A stretch of 64,000 nt of DNA from the NCBI RefSeq assembly GCF_009914755.1, contig NC_060934.1; one strand, given 5' to 3'. The translations under genes were made by a program, and so were the position numbers. This stretch comes from the human T2T-CHM13v2.0 reference genome, Homo sapiens. This document shows, one piece after another, positions 1-12,994 of this stretch. Position 1 is the stretch's first letter. Every line of letters starts with the position of its first letter. Under the pieces are notes generated by a model. The model was not told the DNA's origin. It ran no database searches and worked only from the letters and a program-made list of their open reading frames with translations.

Positions 1-132
1 TACATAAAATCTGTAACAAGAAAAACTGAAGAATAAAAATTTACTAAAATGAAAAGAATATATTGTCCTCACAAGACACTAATAAGAGTGAAAAGGGAAA
101 CTATAGGCTAGCAGAACATAGTGACAAAAATA

Positions 133-194
133 TTAAGTTGGTGCAAAAGTAATTACATTTTTGTATGACTTTCAATGGCAAAAACTGCAATGAC
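133..194. mobile_element. MADE1 (Hsmar1-derived MITE), one end truncated
   Basis: ttaagttggtgcaaaagtaattacatttttg...ttcaatggcaaaaactgcaatgac matches the recalled MADE1 palindromic consensus; preceded by TA. Confidence 0.8.
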
Positions 195-312
195 AAAGGC
201 ACTGTATTCGGAAAACATTAAGAACATCTACAAGTCAATAAGAAAAGGTCACAGAACCCAAGTGAAAAATGGACAAGTCTTGGCTCTTCACAAGAAACAG
301 ATAACAAAATGT

Positions 313-620
313 GGCCAGGGCCAGTGGCTCATGCCTGTAACCCCAGCACTTTGGGACGCTGAGGTGAAAGGATTGCTGGAGTCCAGGAGTTCAAGAGAAG
401 CCTGGGCAACATAGCGAGACCCCGTCTTTACAAAAAAAAAATAAACAAATTAGCCAAGTTTGGTGGTGCATGCCTGTAGCTCCAGCTACTCAGGAGGCTG
501 AGGTGGGAGGATCATTTGAGCCCTGGAGGTCAAGGCTACAGTGAGCTATGATCACACCACTGCTCTCCAACCTGGGTGACAGAGCAAGACCCTGTCTCAA
601 GAAAAGAAGAAAAAAAGAAA
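313..620 (+). mobile_element. AluJ SINE
   Basis: Dimeric Alu with J-type diagnostics (gggcaacatagcgagacc, gaggtcaaggctacagtgagctatgatc) and a GA-rich tail. Confidence 0.95.
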
Positions 621-1354
621 GAGAATCCCAAGATAGTTAATAAATATGTGAAAAGATGTTAAGTTCTTTAGATATAATGGAAACACATATTAAACCTGGT
701 TTACTTGAAAAGATAAACACCAGCTACTGATTATAAAATACCAGCTGAGAGTGTGAATAAACCAAAGGCTTTATACACACCGTAGCTGAGTTAAACTGGC
801 ACTGCCACATTGGAACATTATTCAGGATGATTTAACAGAGCTGAGCAATGGACTATCCTAAGACTCAGAAAGTCCACCCTTCGACATATGCACATCTGAA
901 ATGTTAACTAAAATGCAATATTTTTATAGCCCCTTCCCTCCAAAAAACAAAAACAAATAGAAACTACCCATATGTCCATCGGCATTACAATGAATATATT
1001 AATACATACCCAGGATATTCCTACAATGCCATTACTTTATAGCAAAGGAATTATTGAATGGATATACTTAACGTAATGTTTAAGAAAGAAACCAGGCACA
1101 ATAAATACTGTTATTTCTACTTGTATAAAAGTACAAAAACAGGTGAAACTATTTTTTTTCTATTAAAGAAGTAGAACAATGGTAAATCTCACGGGCATGG
1201 TAGAGACTGGGAATTGGTAATATTCTGGAAGCTGACTGTATAGGTGTGCTGTGTTTGTAAATATTTATCAAGCTGTAAACTTAAGATGTATGTGTTCTTC
1301 TCTGATTATAGTATACATTGACAAAAGTTAAAAGAAAAGGCACCAGGAAGTATT

Positions 1355-1495
1355 TGACACAGTGGTTTATGTCATGGACTCTGAAGACAGATTGCCTGGG
1401 TTTCACTGCTGACTTCACTGCTACTGCTTACCAGTTGTGTAACCTTGGGAAAGTTTCTTAGTGACTTAGTTTCATCACCTATAAAGTGGGAATCA
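1355..1495 (+). mobile_element. MIR SINE fragment
   Basis: MIR core tgtgtaaccttgggaaagttt...agtttcatcacctataaagtgggaat. Confidence 0.7.
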
Positions 1496-2699
1496 AAAGA
1501 GTTGCCTGAGCACATGAATCTTCCCTTAAGTTGTAGAGCTCTTAAGGAATTTGATTTTCACAGAAATAGACATAAAAGGGGCCAAAAAACATCATCAGCC
1601 TCTTTACAGAAATCAAGCCCAGATAGCTCTCACTTGTATGAAGCAGAGGAAAGAGAAAACACAAAGAAATTAAGGTTAATGGGGAATCATGTAGATCAGG
1701 AAAAAGAACATTATTGGAAAGGTTACTAAAATAATATGATCTAATACGAATTTTAGGAATTATGAGTACACATGGCTTAAAAAAATTGAAATCCAAAAGA
1801 AGAAAAAGTATAACAAGATAAAAGGAAAGATGTGTGTGTGGGTAAAGTACACAAGTAACAAAAGACTAGTAGACTAGTAGGAAATGGATAAATTAGCATT
1901 GGAGGCACTGAAGAGCAGCATTGATGCTGCAGAAGATTAGGAACAAATGATACAATTTCAGTTTCCTCAATATAGGAAGATTAAAAAACTGATTAGAATA
2001 ATGAATACAAAGATGGAAAGTGTATGGCAGAGACAACACACATGCTGTCCTGGAACAACAACAACAACAAAAACTAAATGAATCAAAAGCAACAACCAAA
2101 AGTGTAAACTAAAATAAAGTAAAACAACACTTTCTTGAGTTAAAAAATATAACAAAATAAATGGGCATCATTACAACCAATTCAATAAAAATTATAAAAT
2201 AAATCTAAAGAACAGAAAATGTTGCAAATATCTCAGAAGATATGTCTTACTCAGCACAGTGTCAAGTACATTAGAAAGTGTTTAATAACTTTCTGTTGAA
2301 TGAATATTATTTATTCATTATTAACTGCATGTGATACAAAGATGAGTAAAAATCTTCTCTAAACATGTCTGAAATCTGCTAAGTCAGGAGTACCATTCAC
2401 TTTACCATAGAAGTACAAATAGCACAGTCCAAAAGTCAAAATTGGATCTGATTCTTTTTTCTTTTCATTTTTTAAAAATTGTGGCAAAACACATATAAAC
2501 TACAATTTTCTATCTTAACCATCTTTTAGTGTACAGTTTAGTCATACTAAGTCCCTTCATATTGTTGTGCAAATATCACCACAATTCATCTCCAGAGCTC
2601 TTTTCAACTGGAAAACTGAAATTCTATATTCATTGAACAATAACTCCCGATTTCCCCATTCCCATAGCCCTGGAAAGCTACCATTCTACTTTCTGTCTC

Positions 2700-3694
2700 T
2701 GTAGGGTCCAGTCCTACAGGACCTGTGGGTTTTTCTCTTCGTGTATGGAGACGAGAGATCATAGAAATAAAGACACAAGACAAAGAGATAGAAGAAAAGA
2801 CAGCTGGGCCCGGGGGACCACTACCACCAAGGCACGGAGGCCGGTAGTGGCCCCGAATGCCTGGCCGCGCTGTTATTTATTGTATACAAGGCAAGAGGGT
2901 AAGGAATGTGAGTTATCTCCAATGATGGGTAAGGTCATGCGAGTCACGTGTCTACCAGACAGGGGTCCCTTCCCTATTTGGTAGCCAAGGTGGAGAGAGG
3001 GGACAGCTTACATCATTATTTCTTTTATGTATTTCTCGGAAAGATCAAATACTTTAATACTTTCACTAATTCTGCTACTACTATCTAGAAGGCAGAGCCA
3101 GGTGTACAGGGCAGAACATGAAAGTGGACCAGGAGCGTGACCGCTGAAGCACAGCATCACAGAGACACGTTTAGGCCTCCGGATGGCTGTGGGTGGGCCT
3201 GACCGATGTCAGGCCTTCCACAAGAAGTGATGGAGCAGATTCTTCTGTAACTCCCCCGGGGAAAGGGAGACTCCCTTTCCCAGTCTGCTAAGTAACGGGT
3301 GCCTTCCCAGGCACTGGTGCTATCCCTAGACCAAGGTCCGCTAAGTAGCAGGTGCCTTCTCGGGCACTGGTGTTACCGCTAGACCAGGGAGCCCTCTAGT
3401 GGCCCTGCCCGGGCATAACAGAGGGCTCACACTCATCTTCTGGTCACTTCTCACCGTGTCCCTTCACCTCCTATCTCTGCATGGCCTGGTTTTTCCTAGG
3501 TTATAATTGTAGAAGAAATATTACTATAATATTGGAGTAAAGAGTAATGCTACAAACTAATTATTAATAATATTCATAATCATATCTATAATCTATTTCT
3601 AGTATAACTATTCTGATTCTATATATTTTATTATACTGGAACAGCTTGTGCCTTCGGTCTCTTGCCTCGGCACCTGGGTGGCTTGCTACCCACA
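2700..3694 (-). mobile_element. LTR13/LTR13A solo LTR (ERVK class)
   Basis: TG...CA termini; reverse complement starts tgtgggtagcaagccacccaggtgccgaggcaagagacc (LTR13 5' end); GTCTC duplicated at 2695-2699 and 3695-3699. Confidence 0.9.
3388..3404 (-). promoter_or_regulatory. CTCF-like motif within LTR13
   Basis: Minus strand GGCCACTAGAGGGCTCC matches the CTCF core CCASYAGRKGGC. Confidence 0.6.
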
Positions 3695-4549
3695 GTCTCT
3701 ATGAATTTGATTACTCTAAATACCTCACACAAGTGGAATCATACAGCATTTGTCCTTTAGTGCCAGCTCATTTCACATAGAATAATGTCCTTAAGGTTCA
3801 TCCATCTTGTAAACATGCCAGAATTTCCTTCCTTTAAAGCTAAATAATATTCCATTGGATGTACCATATTTTACTTATTCATCCATCTGTCAATGGACAC
3901 TTGGTTTGATTCTACGTATTAGCTAATGTTACTGTGAATATAATTCTACAAATATCTCTTCAAAATATCTCTTCAAATTCTTTTGAGTATATACCTTCAA
4001 CTGGAACTCCTGGATTTTATGTTAATTCTATTTTTAATTTTTTGAGGAACTATCATACTGCCTTCCACGGTGGTTGTACCATTTTATATTCCTACCAACG
4101 ATGCACAAGTATTGTAATTTGTTCACCTCCTCACCAACACTTTTTATCTGTTTTTGTTTCGGATAGCAGCCGTTCTAATGGGTGCGAGAGGGTATCCCAT
4201 TGTAGTTTTGATTTCTACTTCCCTAATGATTAGGGATGTTCCCTAATCATGTGCCTAATGTCCCTAATACTTGATCCTTTGTATATCTTCTTTGGAGAAA
4301 TGTCTACTCAAGTATCTTCCTCATTTATAAATTTTATTTTGTTTTTGTTCTTGGGTTTTAGGAATTCTCAACATAAAGATGTGCCCTGTGCTTCACTTTC
4401 TTCTAAGACTTTTATCACTTCTGATCTTATATTTAGGTCTTACATTAATTTTGAGTTAATTTTTATATATGGTGTTAATTACGGGTCCAATTTTATTCTT
4501 TTTCACTTGGATGTTTTTTTTTTTTTGATGTTTGCTTTTTTAAAAATTT

Positions 4550-5100
4550 AATTGTGCTGCTGGTTTTCTCTGTGCTGATGATGAACTTGAGGTATAAATT
4601 TGAGGCTGTTTAGGTCTTTGCTGAGCCTGCACCTTTCCTTGAGCAATTGTGGTGGCTTTCTAATTTCTGCACATATGTGGTTGCTTTTTAATATCTTAAT
4701 CTTTAACAATGTCTGACTCTCATAAAGGAAAAAAGAGAACATGAAGTGAAAATGAAAATCACTGGCCCTGTAAACCTCCAGGAAGTCACTTCAGCCAGAG
4801 GGGAGGGGCTTGCAACAATCAACAAATGGGGGCAGGTGCAACAGACAATGGATGCCCTCCTCTATGACTGTGAGGAGTAGGGAGTGGGAGGCTGGGGAGG
4901 CGGTGGCTACAGATAGACAGGTAGTTGCTACTGCACTGAGAGCTGCAATTGAACAAAATTAATCACAATATACAACTAAAATCTTCTGGAAGTTGAAAGC
5001 CTTTAATAGTTCTAAATATTTACATCAAACAGATTCTTCCACTGTAATTTTTATGTAGGTGAGTAGATGGATTCCTGGTGCTTCCTACTCTACCATCTTC
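4550..5100 (-). mobile_element. Old L1M 5'-region remnant
   Basis: Reverse complement near 5060-5097 (aagatggtagagtaggaagcaccaggaatcc) resembles old L1 5' ends. Confidence 0.45.
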
Positions 5101-5249
5101 TCATAATCCTTTCTCTGGATATCATTCTTTATGATGACACTTATTTAGTGATTTACCTTTTCAAGTCACCAAAGTCCTGTATCTCTCATGTAGTTTTCAT
5201 AGGTAAGAAAGAGAAACTAACAACAATATTAACGAAAACACTAAAAAGA

Positions 5250-5570
5250 ATAATAATAGAAAACTCTTCACCAAGAGCTTATTGTGTTCTAGGCATTGTG
5301 ATACACACTTTACATAATAGAGATGCTCTTTGACTTATGATGGACTTATGTCCTGATAAATCCACTGTAAAGTTGAAAAATTGTAAGTCAAAACATGGTA
5401 TGTCAGAGACCAACTGTACTGAAAACAACCTATAAGATGAATAGCACCAGGAGACTCATTTTACACATGAAAAAGTGAGAAGTAGAGAAAATAAAGGAAT
5501 ATCACAAGGACATAGAGCTAGCAAATGGTGGACCACTCCATGGAACATGGACATCTATCTACCTAGAAAG
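5250..5570 (-). mobile_element. MIR SINE interrupted by a MER47 MITE
   Basis: gagcttattgtgttctaggcattgtg...cattttacacatgaaaaagtgag...aggacatagagctagcaaatggtgg. Confidence 0.65.
5320..5416 (+). mobile_element. MER47-type Tigger MITE, internally deleted (97 bp)
   Basis: Both terminal segments (agatgctctttgacttatgatgg ... tgtcagagaccaactg) with TA on both sides. Confidence 0.75.
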
Positions 5571-5850
5571 CTTATGAAATATGCATTAGGTTCCTCTTGG
5601 TGCAGTACTGGGAAGAGTGTTGGTTCTCAGTTACTGGCAGATGGTGGCAGTACTAGTAACACTGGTTCTAGCAGTACCTGCAACTAATGGATATGTCACC
5701 TAAGTGTTGCAGTGGCCCAGCCTCATCAGCTAGCAGCATTTATGACCCTATTACCTTATGGAATAGAAAAATTCACAATTACCATATAGGAAAACAAATT
5801 CACTTTATTCTTTTCTTTTTGCTTATTTGAAGCAAAAGGGTCCTCTTCCT

Positions 5851-5853
<3 letters not shown>

Positions 5854-5891
<38 letters not shown>

Positions 5892-6181
5892 AGACAAGGC
5901 CTTGCACTGTCTCCCAGGCTGAAGGGCAGTGATGAAATCACAGCTGCAGCCCCTACTTCCTGGGCTCAAGCAATCCTTCCACCTCAGTCTCCCTAGGACC
6001 AGAGGAGCAAGGAGCATGCTCAGCGTGCTTTTTTTTTTTTTTTTTTTTTTTATGTAGAGCCAAGGTCTTGAAGATCTTGCCATATTGCCCAGGCTGGTCT
6101 CATACTCCTAGGCTCAAGTGATCCTCTTACCTTGGCCCCCCAAATTGTTGAGATTACAGGTATGAGCCAGAGAGTCTGGCC
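5854..6181 (-). mobile_element. AluJ SINE with T37 tail and T23 linker
   Basis: Antisense AluJ (ggctcaagcaatccttccacctcag); imperfect TSD tcttccttga/tcttctgtga. Confidence 0.95.
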
Positions 6182-6770
6182 TCTTCTGTGATGCTTTTTA
6201 CTTACTTTCCAGCAGCGAATAATCCTCTTTGAAGATCTTACTTTTCACTTTATTCTTTTCATATATGTTGAACATTTTTCATTTACTCATGGGGAAAACA
6301 CCGAGTATATGCTATTAGACACACTATTCCTCAAATGTTTCTACTCTTAATAATTTCTGTACATATATTTATATATTTACATTTTCTTAGGAAAAATCCC
6401 CTTGGATATAAGCCCCTTATGCTTGAATCTTAGTAAAAACAGTATTAAGAAGAAAGAGATTAGTGTCCTATGGAATTTGGAGCAATAATCTCAAAGTCTT
6501 ACAGATCTCAGACACCCAACTGACACTTAAGTTGATTAGTTATAGAAAAGCTTTTAGAAAATACATTTTAAGGCCTTTCTCTCTAACGATGGTCAGACTG
6601 GACAATGTTGAGCCTGAAATATCCCTCCTTCCAAGGGGGAACTTGAGAGGAAGAATTACAGTTTTTCACAACCGTAAAAGAAGGCTGAATCTGTTTTAAT
6701 TCACATAACTGGTTACACATGAAGAGGAAATTACTCTCTGAAATCCCAGTATAAAAAATATATGGAAATT

Positions 6771-7312
<542 letters not shown>

Positions 7313-10300
7313 TGTTTCTAAAAATTTTATACGGCTTAAAATTATACTGACAAAACCAACTGCAGCCACTGTTAAACTAATGACATTATCTCATAGATAA
7401 TTTACTCTAAATAGCTCAGTAATGTGAATGGATAAATCATATATCATTATAGATCGTGATTTCTTTCAATGAATTATACCTTCTGGAATCTTATTGCTTT
7501 GCAGATCCAGTAAAACTGTCAATTAAAATAAGACATTGAAATAGGCTCTGGGCCAAAACCTAAACCCTGAATTTGAGGACTGAGTGAACATATTTAGATT
7601 TTTCCACTTTCTGTGAATTCTTGGTTTCAAGCATCTTTCTTCTGCACATAGCAACTAACTTTGTAAAGATATCCAGTGATGTAAGTGACTTTAAAAATTT
7701 CTTCAAACTTTCATTCCCCTTAATGTGAACTGTCGTTTTCTGACATGTTGCTGCCAACCAAGACTCTTAACATTGCTCCCTGTCCTCTACAGTGGTTTAT
7801 CTCTCTCTGAAGTTTAATATGTAATAGATGTTTAACGGAAAATCAAGACTTAATAAGCATTCAGTTCTTGGGAAGCTATAATAGAAAGTGAAGCATGCAT
7901 CCCACCTCCAGATAACCTTACAATCTTTTTATTGTTTCTGAACTATTTGAGAAAACAATTCTCTAATTGCATCATTTTATTTAATTTTTTCTTATGACTA
8001 AGATCTTTTCACCAAAAATGGGACAAATTTTAGTGAGGCAATTCTATTCTCCATTGTTCACCTAATTATTCCCTTTGTTTGATTTGGTTATAATTTGAGA
8101 AATAGCCCAAGACCTTCTAGGATTTTACAAATTTGTACTTAAATTTTACAAAATTATTTACAAAATTAATCACATAGTATATAGTAGATCAGGTTCTAAC
8201 CCAGGTCTTCTAATGATCTTTCTTTAAGTTGTAGCTCCCAATCAACATTAGACCTTATGCTGATTTCATCATGAGTGTTGTCCTGGCAGACAGAGAAGAT
8301 ATTTATTTGTCCTCAGGATTCATCTTGTTTTCCAGCACACAGTTGGGCACATTCACAGTTTATGTTTGGTGAACAAAAGTATGGTTTTTGTTCAATATTG
8401 CCTTGTGACTATAGAGTTGCATTAGACTAGCTAAATTTAAAGGACTTAGAACATGTAATAGACACAGCCTGCAATAGTGGAATCAGAGCAAGTCTTTTTG
8501 TTTAAATTGTATTTTCGTGTATGTGTTTGTTTTCAATTATTCCCTGTCCTACAAAAATAAATGAACATTTAAATAAAAATACAATATTATACTTACTGCT
8601 TGTAATTTGGCATTACAATAGACAATCATGTAGGATAGGAAGCTCTGTGCTGTAGGAATAAAGAGAACCAAATTCCTGGCTCAGATATGGCACAAACAAA
8701 TTGTGAGACATTACAGTTTAACCAAGATAGGTCTCCCATTAATTACCTCATATGAAATATGACAAGTTTGTATAAAGCAATCTGTTCTCCTTTAATAACA
8801 TGAGATCTCTGAAACACAATTTAATACACGCATGTATTATTAAAACATTTATATTTATTGGAATAATGGTGTAAGTAAAGCTCTCGTCTAGTGTTTTGTA
8901 TTCCGAAAGTCAAATACGAATTTAATGCAAGAGTCACATCATTCCTGCCATAAACAATACCTGAACACTTTCCATTTTGCTTTACTATTAGGTACATTTC
9001 TGTTATTATCATTATGCAGGCTACAAAATATTGTAATGTATTACTCCCACCTTTTTGGGTAAAATTCTTTTCAGTGACCTTCCCCATCCTCTTCTCTTGC
9101 TCAGTTTCTGGTATTATCCATTGACCAGAGGTATGGCCTAAATAAATCACTGCCTTAGTTTTTTTCTTTAGTAAAATTATGTTTCTTTTAGTCCTGTCCT
9201 TTCAAAATATAACGTATTGTTTGTGAAAATCAACATGACCAAAGAAATCTATCGACCAAAATTCAAGAAATGCCCAAAATGCATCTGCTTTCAAATGGAG
9301 CCATCATATTAGCATTCTAAAGGCTCTGAGAAGCCTGCAAAAGAGAAGTCTGATTCATTCTAATTAACCCAGTGTATCCTATACACACTTATTCATGAAA
9401 TCACTTATTTCTGGGTAACAGCAATTAATAAAACTCCTGAGATATAATCATATTAGCTATATTTAAATGATAATTGGGTCATTTTGGGAAACCTCAGAGT
9501 AGATGTTCTCCTAGGTCTCTTTTAAGGTCAAATATATTATTAACTCTTAAAGAATAATTCTCAAGGGGTATTAAATATATGGTAAAGTTGCAATTGGAAC
9601 TTAGAAATTTTGAATTGAAGTTTATAAATTTATACCCTAGGATACTCTTCTCTGCTTTTCTCCATGATCATATTATTGAACTAGTATATAAACTAATATG
9701 ATAGAGGTAGAGATGATACATAGCCTTTTATAAGTTAGATTCAAGTAGCAGACAATAACATAGGAACACCAAGCTAAAAATCAAGTAACTGGTCCCACAT
9801 TTCACAAGCGGGCTTGAAATTGGCCACTGGGGACTTGAAATATCTCTATGCTTTAATTTATATTAAAATAATATATTTTTATTGGAATTAAAATATCTCT
9901 ACATTTTATTTTTCTGAAAAATAGCATCAATAGAACAATATAAAATGAATAGGTAGACACACACCGAACAAAAATCGCCCTTGCTACACAACTTGAACCA
10001 TGGTATAAAATGTTTGAAATAATCTAGGCAAGTGGGAGCACTTGCCAACTTAACACATTTTGCCTTGTCCTGGAAAGAAAAGCAAAGTATCTAATAAACA
10101 GATGTGTGCCTGCAGTGTTGGTTTTACTTTACTGCCTACATTTTTTCTATTTTTAGTCAAGTTTCCAGGAGATAGGTGATGTGTACGTTGTTGCCTAAAA
10201 GAGATTTACTGTAGACATAGTCAATTCCATTATTAAATAATTATTGGTAATACTAGTTTCCAGTTTGCTATATAAGAAGCTTGAAGTCATCATTTATTTT

Positions 10301-12085
10301 AACAATAAGTAAAAGCCAAAAAAGCTGAAAAATTAACATCTCTTCTTATAATTGTCACTGTGGTGATAAAACAGGGCAAACTGTTGCCTCAAAAATTGGA
10401 GACAGGCTGGATACGGAGAATCACAACTTAACAGAGCAGAAACCCATGAGCAGAAACTGCCACAGACACCAGTGATGGGGTAGGAAAATCCAAACTGTAA
10501 CTGAAAATTTTCTGGAGGCTCAGTGTGAACGTGTCTGAGAGCTAAAAACTCCAGAAGAACCCTCACACGTTTATGAGTTTTACCTTTGACATCTCTACCA
10601 TGTTCCCACAGGGAAGATTGAGAAAAATCCTCTCATGCTTCCAGAAGGAGAAGAAAAATAACTATTTTGGAATACTCCAGAGCATTCCATTTTTCTTAAT
10701 AAAGTATGTCCTCAAAATAAATTATTTTACTGGAGCCTAGCCTATATTGGTTTTATCAGGGCACAACTGAGCTGGAGGAAGAGAAATACCCAGCTCCAGC
10801 CCCAGCTAGCTATCTCACCTAAAGGAAGTGGAGTTGGGGGTTACTCAGATGTGCTTGTGAAGTTCACAGTCCAAGAATCACAGGCTTACTCACTAAAAGA
10901 CTGAGACCCAATCATAGGATTATAGAACATTCCACCTTCTCCCATATCTTACTGCCATATTAATAAAGGCCTATTTAATACAGTTCCTCTTGCACACTAC
11001 ATCATGCCCAGTTAACAAGAAAAAATATTGCAAGTAATACTAAAAGAGAAAAAGTACAGTTTCAAGAAACTAAGCAAGCATCCAGGATCTGAGTAAGATA
11101 TGAGAAGAATGTTAGCATTATCAGACAAGAAATAAAGCATTTACAAACTATAATTACTATGCTCTGGGCTCTCATAAACAAAGTAGAAAACATATGAGAA
11201 CACAAGGATAATGTAAATGAAGAGGTGGAAATTATGAGAAAGAATAGATAAAAAATGCAGGAGCTCAAAAAGAACAAAAAATAAATTAAGATTGTCTTAA
11301 TGGGTCATTAATATACCAGACACAACTGAGTAAATTATCTCTGAATCTGAGGGTATGTCAAAATAAACCTCCAAAACTAAAACGCAAAGAGAAAAAAAGA
11401 ATAAAAAAATGGAAAAAAAAATTCAAGAAATGTGAAACCACCATAAAATGTATAAGATACACATTATGGGAATATGAGAAGTAGAAGATAGAAAAAGACA
11501 GAAGAAATATTTGAAGCAATAATGACTGAGAATTTTACTAAATTAATGTCAGACACATTAATGCCATTAAATTAATGTTAACCACAGATCCAGGAAGGCC
11601 AGGGAACAGGAAGCAGAAAACAAATGCCAAAAAATCTACATCTATGCGTATCAATATTAAAAATGGAGAAACTAAAAGATAAACTTGAAAGAAATGGGAA
11701 AATGTCTTATAGAGAGAGAAGTAAAGATAATAATTACATCAGATGATTTGTCCTCAGAAACTATGCAAGCAAAAAGAGAATAAAGTAAAATATTTGAAGT
11801 GTTAAAAAAAAACTCACCTAGAATTGTGTATTCCTGAAAATTATCCTTTGAAAATGAAGAACAAATAAAGTCTTTTTTCAGACAAACAAAAATTGAGAGA
11901 ACTTACTTGTCAGTAGATTTGTCTTGTAAGAAATGTTAAAATAAGATTTCAGAGTGAAGGAAAATGATATAGGTCATAAATTCAGATCTACATTTTAAAG
12001 GAAGAGCATTAGAGAAGTAATAAATGAAGATAAAATAAAAACTTTTATTTCTTATTCTTAACTGATGTAATAGATAATAACTGTT

Positions 12086-12426
12086 TGTTATTACCAGAGG
12101 CTGGGAAGGGAAGGGTAGTGGAGGGTTGGAAAGGGGAGGTGGGGAAGGTTATTTTGTAAAAAAAAATAGAAACAATGAATAAAACCTACTATTTTATAGT
12201 ACAATAGTGTGAATATAGTCAATAATAACTGTATAGTTTTTAAATAATGTAATGGGATTGTTTGTAACTCAAAGAATAAATGCTTGAGGGGATGGATACC
12301 CAATTCTTCATGATGTGATTACTTCACATTGCATGCCTGTATCAAAATATCTCATGTGCCCCATAAATATATATAACTACAACGTAGCCACAAAATGTTT
12401 TTAAAAACATTTTAAAAAGAAAAAAA
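12086..12426 (+). mobile_element. 5'-truncated L1MA (MA1-3-like) 3' end
   Basis: taccagaggctgggaaggg...taaatgcttgaggggatggatacc...gcatgcctgtatcaaaatatctcatgtgccccataaat, then A-rich tail. Confidence 0.85.
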
Positions 12427-12994
12427 GTCACAGACACCCTAACAAATGCAGCTTTAAGCTTATAATTATGTTTCATTTCAGCACTTTCAACTAAATAAAA
12501 TTCAATCATAACTAAAAAAAAAAAAAGGTGTGTTCATACACACACACTTATGTATAAAGTGAAATAAACAACGTCAATTAAACCAAAAGCAGGAAGGAAT
12601 AATTAGAAATATTTTGTTATTACAAGGTACTTGGCATTACCCATGAAGTGGTATAGTGCCATTTGAAAGCAGACCTGGCTTAGTTGTAAAAGTATATTGC
12701 AGATTCTAGGACAAAAACTGAAACATAAAAAAAAATAATAATATTATCATTGATATGTTAAGAAAGGAGAGAAAATGTAATCATAAAATTCTCAACTAAA
12801 ATTACAAAGGGCAGGAAAAGAGTGAAATATAAAAGTAGAAACAAAAATCAAGGGCAATGAATAGAAATCAGTAACATATATAGTAGATATTAATGCAACT
12901 ATATCAGTAACCATTTAAATGGTTTAAGTATATCAATTAAAAGACACAGACTGTCAGATTGGATCTACAAAACAAACATCAACTATACCTTTGC

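Larger units (their letters stand above)
1..1335 (+). mobile_element. Old L1 (L1ME-like) ORF2 3' end/3'UTR remnant, interrupted by MADE1 and AluJ
   Basis: L1-like motifs (agaacatctacaagtcaataagaaaagg, gtgaaaagatgtt, aaactacccatatgtccatc); boundaries approximate. Confidence 0.65.
2466..4510 (-). mobile_element. L1MB-like LINE 3' portion, split by LTR13
   Basis: Antisense L1MB 3'UTR (cttaaccatcttttagtgtacag; gtggaatcatacagcatttgtcc; aattttttgaggaactatcatactg); reads continuously across the LTR13 TSD. Confidence 0.85.

Noticed and set aside
3280-3390. Tandem ~57-bp repeat (gctaagta..ggtgccttc..ggcactggtg)
   Set aside because: Internal to LTR13 and, as I recall, part of the family structure.
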